From the IMG/VR virus record IMGVR_UViG_3300029319_000006, positions 32,001 through 96,000 of that record: 64,000 nucleotides of DNA, one strand, 5' to 3'. This DNA comes from a virus. Below the pieces are notes generated by a model that searched no databases, was not told where the DNA came from, and was given only the letters and a program-made list of their open reading frames with translations. The translations under genes and the position numbers were made by a program. Below are positions 57,175-64,000 of this stretch, in pieces (position 1 is the stretch's first letter; the number at the start of each line of letters is the position of its first letter).

Positions 57175-58569
57175 TCAAAGTTGAACGACGAGTTTTATAT
57201 CGTCTGTACTAGCAGTCGTTCGAGTTTGTGCAGAAGCATTATTAATAAAGAATATTTCACCTGAATATCTGTCTACATCAGGTCTTATGTTATGTTGTCC
57301 TGTTGCAATTGTTCTTGTACTACCCAATCCTTCAACAGTAATTGTTTCTCCTGATCTAAATGGAGTAAATCCTGATGCTTCATCTTGATGATACCATATT
57401 GTAGAATCTTGAATAAAATCTACCCAAGCCTTAGCATTACTGTCTCCTGTTATTTCAACATCATTTGCAAAAGCAAAAGAACTAGAAATTGGTGATGTAA
57501 CTCTAATTTTCTTTAAACAGTTTCCTGCTGTACCTTGAAACTTATTTCTAGATGCACTGTCTACTAATGGATTTTTCCATAATGCTATTTGTCTATAATC
57601 ATTATCAACTATCCAATTACCAGAAACATTTCCTTCTGGTTTAATATGAAACATCATAGCTGAAGCTCTTAAATCATTTATTGGATTAGCTCCAAGACCG
57701 TTACTATCGTGAGCAAAAACTGGAACAACAGTAGCGTTAGTTCCTCCAGGTGAAGTTATTCTTATATTAGCTTGTTTATAACCAGATCCTAAAAATGGTG
57801 ATATGTCTGTGGTTCCAGAACTTTCACCAACTTCTACAGCTGTTATAACACCAGATCCTACAACAGCGTATGCTTTGGCTCCATTTCCATCACCTACTAC
57901 AGTCAAAGAAGTAGTTGCACTGTCATATCCAGATCCACCATTAGTTACTCTATATCCTAAGATTTGGCCAGACACAGCAGCATTTTGAATTGTAAACTGA
58001 GCAAATCCAGGATCAGTTGCTGAAGCAGAATCAACTTTCTTTACAGGCATAAAATTAGATGTAGTAAAAAAGTTTGTATCAGCAGTAGAAATAGAATACA
58101 TAAATTTCCAGATATATCCATCTGCTTCAATTGGTAATGATACATTAGTATGATCTGGTTTAACAGTAGAAACTTGGTTGTTACCTAAAGAATCTTTACC
58201 CACTCTTAAACATACGTATACATTATTTTCTGCTGTTTTTACATAATAAGATGTAGCTGGATGTCCTGTAGAATTATCATTATATTGTGCATATTGTGTA
58301 TTAGTTGTCCAATCTTTGATAGGTACCACATGAGAAAATGCTTCAATAGCTTTTACAGACTGTAAATTATATCTAAACAATCTAGTTTCTCTATCTGTAA
58401 CATTTGGTGTTGGTGCAACATCTGTATTTGCTATAGGATCCCATTGTTGTGATCTACCAACTGCTATATAGTAATTATTATTAGAATCACCAAGTTTTGT
58501 ACCCGTCGCTTCATCAAACAATTGACTTAGAAATGTTCTTTTAATTTTATCTGTAATAATTGCTGTCAT
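57175..58569 (-). CDS. gp8: Baseplate wedge gp8
   Basis: M.AIIT, YI..GR..W, VYVCL, DGYIWKFMY, DYRQI, SGEI.FI.N, DDIKLVVQL. Confidence 0.88.
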   Translation of the reverse strand: MTAIITDKIKRTFLSQLFDEATGTKLGDSNNNYYIAVGRSQQWDPIANTDVAPTPNVTDRETRLFRYNLQSVKAIEAFSHVVPIKDWTTNTQYAQYNDNSTGHPATSYYVKTAENNVYVCLRVGKDSLGNNQVSTVKPDHTNVSLPIEADGYIWKFMYSISTADTNFFTTSNFMPVKKVDSASATDPGFAQFTIQNAAVSGQILGYRVTNGGSGYDSATTSLTVVGDGNGAKAYAVVGSGVITAVEVGESSGTTDISPFLGSGYKQANIRITSPGGTNATVVPVFAHDSNGLGANPINDLRASAMMFHIKPEGNVSGNWIVDNDYRQIALWKNPLVDSASRNKFQGTAGNCLKKIRVTSPISSSFAFANDVEITGDSNAKAWVDFIQDSTIWYHQDEASGFTPFRSGETITVEGLGSTRTIATGQHNIRPDVDRYSGEIFFINNASAQTRTTASTDDIKLVVQL

Positions 58570-58581
58570 AATTGTTTCCTA

Positions 58582-59580
58582 TTAAGATACTGTATGTCCT
58601 TCACCACCCATCACATACCAGTTTGTTCCGTCCCAGATAAGTGTTGCTGTATCGAATTGTTGAAATGTTACTCCTGTTGATCCTTGAGGGAATTGAGCTG
58701 CAGTGATACTTAATACTAAATCACCAGCACCTGATTGTCTTATTACATGCAAGTTAAGAGTTTTACTTGCAGGACCATTAGGTAATGTTACTGTACCAGC
58801 ACCACCTTGTAATAATAATAAACTTTTTGTGAGTGATGCAGTATCACCATTTGATAATGTTTCTGAAGATAATCCATATTGATTTATGTTTACAATTCCT
58901 GTACCTTTGGAAGAAATATCTAAACCTATATTAGCGTCTGTGCTTCCAATAACTGATAAACTAGGTGTATTACCATTTGATACACCAGTAACTTTTATTC
59001 TATTTCTTGTGTTTCCTACATCAGTAAATGAAATAACTGGATTGCCTGTAGAATCAGAAAGATGAGTTGTAATTTTAGGAGAGGATATGGTAGGTGAAGC
59101 TAAAGATTTATTTGTTAATGTTTGATTATGAGCTTCCATTACCATTACATCATTACTACCTAAAAGAGGTAAAACAACATTTCTATTTGCTGCCAGATTA
59201 CTTGGTACAAAATTATAATGATGTGATGAATCTAAATCTTTTATTTTAAATCTATCAAATGTAGCACTATCTATAGATGGTTGAGTTAAAGTTTTATTAG
59301 TTAAAGTTTGAGATGCTGTATTTAATGTTACTTCACCAGATGCATTAGGAAAATCAATATTTCTTTCTGCAGTTGGATTTACATGACCAATCTTTGTTCT
59401 AAAAGATGCTCCAATGAAATCTACACCACTATCAGTAAGAGCAGATACACCAGCACCTCCTCCGCCAACTAATGTGTAAAGTTCAGTAAAATTTTCATTA
59501 ATTTTAGTACCAGCAGTTCTTAACGTATCGCCTGTACCATCATTAGCTGAAGTACCAGTATTAATTGTTTGTCTTGCCAT
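58582..59580 (-). CDS. Baseplate/fibre connector with gp9/gp10-type N-terminus
   Basis: RQ.INTG..ANDGTGDTLR..G.KINENF.ELY; QTLTNK repeats. Confidence 0.8.
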   Translation of the reverse strand: MARQTINTGTSANDGTGDTLRTAGTKINENFTELYTLVGGGGAGVSALTDSGVDFIGASFRTKIGHVNPTAERNIDFPNASGEVTLNTASQTLTNKTLTQPSIDSATFDRFKIKDLDSSHHYNFVPSNLAANRNVVLPLLGSNDVMVMEAHNQTLTNKSLASPTISSPKITTHLSDSTGNPVISFTDVGNTRNRIKVTGVSNGNTPSLSVIGSTDANIGLDISSKGTGIVNINQYGLSSETLSNGDTASLTKSLLLLQGGAGTVTLPNGPASKTLNLHVIRQSGAGDLVLSITAAQFPQGSTGVTFQQFDTATLIWDGTNWYVMGGEGHTVS

Positions 59581-59604
59581 GTTTTATCTCTTTTTTCTTA
59601 ACAT

Positions 59605-59612
59605 TATTTATA
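59605..59612 (-). promoter_or_regulatory. T4-type late promoter TATAAATA
   Basis: Exact motif upstream of 59580. Confidence 0.78.
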
Positions 59613-59621
59613 TGTGTAAAA

Positions 59622-60689
59622 TCAAGGTCCTGTTGGATAATGAGCAGAATCTGCACTATTTGAAGAAGAATCAAACAATGTCCTATATCTATGCTCATCA
59701 AATCTTGGAAGTAGAATAACACCTGATGGTGAATCTCTATCCATTCTAATTGCTGTTGCAGTTTCAGAATCATCCATTAAGAATGAATTAGGTGTAATCA
59801 GTTCTCTAAATGTTAGTGTAGCAGTACTATCCATTATAGTTGTAAGACTTCTTTCTATGTCTTTTTCTACATCTGCTCTAATCATACCAATAGTACCATC
59901 ACCTCTTTGAATAAGTGTAGTATCTACACTACCAAGTAAATTCATATTAGCTATAGTTTCTGTAGAAGTAGTAAATACTGGTTTTGATCCTGGTCCTGAT
60001 TCTCTTAATGATTGAATAACATTACCATTTACTAATTCTAAAACAATTTGAGCTGCTAGATGAGCTCCAGCTGGGTGAACAAATAATTTATAAGCATCTT
60101 CCCATTGTTGTACAGGAATTGCACTTTTTATGAGAATAGACATTACTTGAAATTGTCCATTATCAGTTAAAAACTTTTGAGATTCTGATCCTAATACACC
60201 AGCAGCAGTTTTAATTTGCTGACCTGATGAATTAACACTATCTAAATTATAATCTATAGCAGGACCTACATGAAAAATATTTTCTTTTGGATAGATTACT
60301 TGAGGATCATCATTAAAAAATCCACGGAAGAATTGTTGTATACTATATTTGGTACCTTTAGATCTATATAATTGATTTGAAAACTTTATTGCTTCTCTTT
60401 TATTTAAGAATCCTCCAAATGTAGCATTACCTAATAATAACTCATCTTCTAAAAATTTTAATAAATCTTCTGGAACTTGAGTAGCGTCTCTACTTGAATA
60501 TAAATCATGGATTTGACCAGAAGGTTTTCCAGATGAATCCATATATTCATAATATGCATCAAACAATGCTTTTAACTTAGGATAATCAATACCAAAATAC
60601 TCTGGTAGAATATTATCAACTTCTGCTCTTTGCAGATTTAATAATCTTCTATTAAGATCAGTAGTAGTTTTATCTTGTTCGTATTCCAT
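59622..60689 (-). CDS. gp7: Baseplate wedge initiator gp7-like (short)
   Basis: LPEYF..DYP, F..AYYEY, Y.SKGT..S...FFR, HPAG; follows gp6. Confidence 0.75.
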   Translation of the reverse strand: MEYEQDKTTTDLNRRLLNLQRAEVDNILPEYFGIDYPKLKALFDAYYEYMDSSGKPSGQIHDLYSSRDATQVPEDLLKFLEDELLLGNATFGGFLNKREAIKFSNQLYRSKGTKYSIQQFFRGFFNDDPQVIYPKENIFHVGPAIDYNLDSVNSSGQQIKTAAGVLGSESQKFLTDNGQFQVMSILIKSAIPVQQWEDAYKLFVHPAGAHLAAQIVLELVNGNVIQSLRESGPGSKPVFTTSTETIANMNLLGSVDTTLIQRGDGTIGMIRADVEKDIERSLTTIMDSTATLTFRELITPNSFLMDDSETATAIRMDRDSPSGVILLPRFDEHRYRTLFDSSSNSADSAHYPTGP

Positions 60690-62695
60690 TAATTTGCAGC
60701 ATCAGTTGTTACAGGAGTTGTTACAGACAAAGTTGGATCAAATACAAATCTATCATTTCTTACAGGAGCTAGCACACTTTGGTTAGCTGGAACTACAGAC
60801 AATTTCAATTGAGTTTCACCACCTGATAATGCAGTTGGATTAAAAAATTGTATTGTAACAGTTCCATCATTAGCATTGTAACTTCCAATGTTATCTGTTA
60901 TTACAACACCTCCTGCAGCTGTAACTATTTGTAAAGTATTAGAATTTAATAAATTTTTGATTAAACATAGTTGACTATTAAAAGTAAATTCTGTAGATGT
61001 TACTATAAATGTATCATTATCTGGAACAGCAATAGAAGCAGGAAATTGTAAAGTTTGACTTATCCTGTTGACAGCTAAAGATAATTTGTTTATATTAAAT
61101 GTTGTGCTGTTACTAGACAAATTATTATTTTGCATGTAAGTAGCTGCATCATTATATGCTTTATTTGTAACAAAAGAAACTATTTTATCCAATTGAGTTG
61201 TTGTAACAGTTCCTGGACTAGTTAATAAGGATTTAATTGTTGCAATTAAGTTTGGAACTGATGGTGCAAATCTTTGTTGCATTCTAACATTAGCTCTTGA
61301 TGATAAAATAGCTGTAGAAGATTCATCAATTAAAGATAACATATTTGATCTTCTAAATGATTGATCAAATTTACCTGTATTATTTGAAAAATAATTTGCT
61401 ACAGTAGTATCCACATTTGCTTGTACAGCATTCACTGTAAGATCAGTTAACTTAGGATTAAATTGAAAAAATGTATCTACTTCAACAAATGTTGTTACTG
61501 GATCTACAAATCTTAGATTAAATGATACTACAGCTAATTGTGCAGCTAAATCTAAAATTCCTAATTTAGTTGCTGATATAGTATCATCAGATACTGAATC
61601 TTCAAATAATATAGAAACATATACAGCTCCAAATTCTTGTAATGCATTATCTTGACCACCCCAAGATGTTATATCACTTATCAAACCTCCATAATTTTTA
61701 AGAATCATAGCTGAATAATCAGCTGCAGTCACCATTCTATTTTGAGTAGCATATTGAAATGGAGCATTTTGTCTCATAGATTCAATGCTTTCCTTATCTT
61801 TACCACCAGCAGAATTGATAAATGTTGTTACATTTAATGTAGCTGATATAGTACCAGAATTGAAAGTAGCTTGGGGAGTAAAAACACTAGCTCCATTTGC
61901 TGCAGCACCTTTAGTAGAAAGATACTGTAATTCAATTCTATTTCCTGCACTTGGAGCAATACCAAAAGTAGAACCATCACCAAAAGATAGTTCAAAGAAT
62001 CCATTTGGAGATTCTTTTAATATATAAACTGTTGAATTAGCACTTAGACTTGTTGCCTTAGTTATATTTTGAAAGGTTGTAGATTGTGTTGATGTAGTAC
62101 TATCAAATACTTTTACTGTTACAGATTCAGAATTCAAAGTTGTATCTGGAATAATATAAACAGGATTATCTTCATATTCTCCAACTAAAAATGTTTTAGT
62201 TTTTAAAGTACCTTCAGATATTGGAATTCTATTCAAACCATCAGAAGTTTTGAATTCATAAAAACCACTACCATTATCTGTAGCTTCAAATGGTTCAATA
62301 GTTTGGAATACATAACTTATATCATCTACTGTCGTATTAAATTTAGTATATGCTGGTAAACTTACTTTAGATGCTCTTCCTGCAGCAGTTGAATTGAATG
62401 TAAGTCTTACCGTTCCTATAGAAGATGCATCTGTATCAGGAATATAACCTATACCCTCAGCTAAAGAAACCATAGAAGATCTTAATTGAGCTGTTGGTAA
62501 ATAAGATTCATTCAATGCAAAGTTTGCTATAAGACCATTTATGTGAGTATTATATGCCAGAACATCTAAAATATTATTTAATCCTGAAGCCTCAAAATTA
62601 TAATCTTTAAACTCTTCTTTATTTTCAAAGAAAGTTTTTAAATTACTTTTTATATTATTAAAGTCTAACGCTGTTGATCTTATTGTTGTCGCCAT
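60689..62695 (-). CDS. gp6: Baseplate wedge gp6
   Basis: LDF..IK..L, DYNFEASGL..ILDVLAYNTH, FGDG, QNR.VT..DY, WGG. Confidence 0.95.
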   Translation of the reverse strand: MATTIRSTALDFNNIKSNLKTFFENKEEFKDYNFEASGLNNILDVLAYNTHINGLIANFALNESYLPTAQLRSSMVSLAEGIGYIPDTDASSIGTVRLTFNSTAAGRASKVSLPAYTKFNTTVDDISYVFQTIEPFEATDNGSGFYEFKTSDGLNRIPISEGTLKTKTFLVGEYEDNPVYIIPDTTLNSESVTVKVFDSTTSTQSTTFQNITKATSLSANSTVYILKESPNGFFELSFGDGSTFGIAPSAGNRIELQYLSTKGAAANGASVFTPQATFNSGTISATLNVTTFINSAGGKDKESIESMRQNAPFQYATQNRMVTAADYSAMILKNYGGLISDITSWGGQDNALQEFGAVYVSILFEDSVSDDTISATKLGILDLAAQLAVVSFNLRFVDPVTTFVEVDTFFQFNPKLTDLTVNAVQANVDTTVANYFSNNTGKFDQSFRRSNMLSLIDESSTAILSSRANVRMQQRFAPSVPNLIATIKSLLTSPGTVTTTQLDKIVSFVTNKAYNDAATYMQNNNLSSNSTTFNINKLSLAVNRISQTLQFPASIAVPDNDTFIVTSTEFTFNSQLCLIKNLLNSNTLQIVTAAGGVVITDNIGSYNANDGTVTIQFFNPTALSGGETQLKLSVVPANQSVLAPVRNDRFVFDPTLSVTTPVTTDAAN

Positions 62696-62699
62696 TTTT

Positions 62700-63146
62700 C
62701 TATCTCAACCTTGTAACTGTAGTAGTAAATGTGATAAATTCGGAAGTATTCACAACTTGATATTCTATAGTCACACTTAGATCATTTCTTTCCGCATTTA
62801 TATTTGTTTCTAATCTCAGCAATTTAGCTCTTGGCTCGTATGTATTACATGCTGATATTATTTGTTCTTTTAATTCTTCTTCTGAATCATCATCCGCTAA
62901 TTCAAATAACATTGCTCTAATATTAGCACCAAAAAAAGGTTGGAATGGTTTTTCAAAAAAATTAGTTTGTATCAAATTTTTTAATGCTTGCGTAACAGCT
63001 GCAGCATCATTTTTTTTAAAAAGTTCACCATTAGGTTTGGCAGTAAAAGATAAATCTACATCTCTGTATTGACGAGTTCTACTAGTAACAATAGTACTAG
63101 TATTTTGCTTACCATCCTGGGTAGAAAAAACTCTAGTTGTTGCCAT
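62700..63146 (-). CDS. gp25: Baseplate wedge gp25
   Basis: Y.DVDL.F, A....L.NL..T...EKPF.P.FG, YEPR, L.RLR-like end. Confidence 0.92.
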   Translation of the reverse strand: MATTRVFSTQDGKQNTSTIVTSRTRQYRDVDLSFTAKPNGELFKKNDAAAVTQALKNLIQTNFFEKPFQPFFGANIRAMLFELADDDSEEELKEQIISACNTYEPRAKLLRLETNINAERNDLSVTIEYQVVNTSEFITFTTTVTRLR

Positions 63147-63165
63147 GTTTAACCTCTTTAACCAT

Positions 63166-63173
63166 TATTTATG
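63166..63173 (-). promoter_or_regulatory. Late promoter variant CATAAATA
   Basis: One mismatch to TATAAATA, 20 nt upstream of gp25. Confidence 0.55.
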
Positions 63174-64000
63174 GCTCTTTGTCCCCAACATTAAATCCTT
63201 TTTCTTTAAGAACAAAATATGCCCAAGGATAATAATATAAACTACTTCTTGACAGATTATCTCCCCAACAAGCCTTGCCTGTTGTTCTTATATCAAAATG
63301 AATTAACTCTCCACCTTTACTTCTACCAAAAAATGCAGCTCCTTTATTTGTGTATATTCCTATACCAGTCAATCCTTCATCACAAGCAATTCTCAATAGT
63401 TGTGCTCTTTGTTGATTATTTAAACCATATACAGAAATATCAACAGCATTTCCAAGTGTATGTTGACTTGTTAATCCTGCACCTTTACTTTTTGTTTTAG
63501 GATTCTTTGGATTTCTAAATCCACTTACAACAGTTAGTTTTTTTCCAAATTTTATAGAAACTCTTTCCAATTTTTGAATCAAAATAGGATCTACTCTTCT
63601 AGCTGCTTCAGGTATACTCCAAATTAAATTATTTGAAGTTCCTGCAACAGGATATGTTATATTAGGAATAGGAGATAATGGTTCTCTTAACATACATTCT
63701 ACTAATTCACCCTGTGATAGTTTATGACCATTATATTCTGTTGATACTTCTCTGTTAAAAGTTCCTGTATAATCAGATCCTAATTTAGGCATTGTAATTA
63801 TTAATCTAGCAGTTATTACAGGCCTTCTTGCAAGATCACAATCTAAACTATCATAAGATAAAATTAACTGTTCAAAATAAGCATTATCTTTTAAGTAAGC
63901 AGCTATGTCAAATAATCTTTCACTTGATTCAAAACCATTTGCATCTATTGCTCTATAAACTACAGCTCTACCTTGTGATTTCAAATCATTTATACTATTT
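63169..64000 (-). CDS. C-terminal part of a protein with peptidase M15 (Zn D-Ala-D-Ala-type) domain; 5' end outside window
   Basis: SGFR, SQH..G.AVD, GIG.Y, IH.D; frame remains open to the window edge. Confidence 0.8.
   Translation of the reverse strand, partial: NSINDLKSQGRAVVYRAIDANGFESSERLFDIAAYLKDNAYFEQLILSYDSLDCDLARRPVITARLIITMPKLGSDYTGTFNREVSTEYNGHKLSQGELVECMLREPLSPIPNITYPVAGTSNNLIWSIPEAARRVDPILIQKLERVSIKFGKKLTVVSGFRNPKNPKTKSKGAGLTSQHTLGNAVDISVYGLNNQQRAQLLRIACDEGLTGIGIYTNKGAAFFGRSKGGELIHFDIRTTGKACWGDNLSRSSLYYYPWAYFVLKEKGFNVGDKEP

Noticed and set aside
57165-57177. Read-through from gp8 into the in-frame VrlC-like gene
   Set aside because: Two in-frame stops (TGA GGA TAA) precede the ATG.
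13278-59773. Alternative-frame minus-strand ORFs (13278, 33586, 39344, 43137, 44454, 47742, 52620, 59561)
   Set aside because: Nested in or largely overlapping longer genes, with off-frame composition typical of AT-rich codon bias.
30605-60689. DS motifs as phosphopantetheinylation sites
   Set aside because: They lie in beta-rich fibre contexts with varied flanks, not helical ACP folds with GxDSL; no PPTase in the window.
1856-63500. Numerous plus-strand ORFs of 60-135 aa in the ORF track
   Set aside because: Antisense shadows of well-supported minus-strand genes, with no RBS or recognisable motifs; only 17427-17923 is credible.
1-64000. Stop-codon reassignment
   Set aside because: Core genes are full length under code 11 and TAA, TGA and TAG all end genes at expected positions.
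1-64000. tRNA, CRISPR array, DGR, intron, intein or homing endonuclease
   Set aside because: No cloverleaf, repeat-spacer array, reverse transcriptase or insertion in gp17, uvsW, gp20, gp44 or gp46 was seen; a by-eye scan could miss short RNAs.

Overview
About 64 kb of an AT-rich T4-like myophage genome with marine Kyanoviridae/pelagimyophage-type gene order, almost all on the minus strand. Right to left: M15 peptidase (partial), baseplate (gp25, gp6, gp7, gp9/10-like, gp8), a three-way split VrlC-like protein, tail-fibre genes, a Tyr-repeat fibre operon with two glycosyltransferases and a 2OG-Fe(II)-like oxygenase, neck/tail/head genes (gp13-gp23), a small plus-strand early island (ArdC-N-like), gp3, uvsY, uvsW, gp55, gp47/46/45/44/62, regA, and auxiliary genes (flavin halogenase, adenylation enzyme, glutaredoxin, JmjC, two PRTases, compact PEP carboxykinase, Hsp20). 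Most notable: (1) strong Asp-Ser dipeptide enrichment in exposed virion proteins next to phage glycosyltransferases, suggesting a virion modification system; (2) a halogenase/adenylation cassette inserted between gp44 and gp62; (3) an unannotated 42-aa Cys9His2 metallothionein-like gene; (4) a ROSE-type RNA thermometer upstream of hsp20. No tRNA, CRISPR, intron, intein or transposase recognised. All calls are from motif recognition and synteny by eye; no database searches were run.
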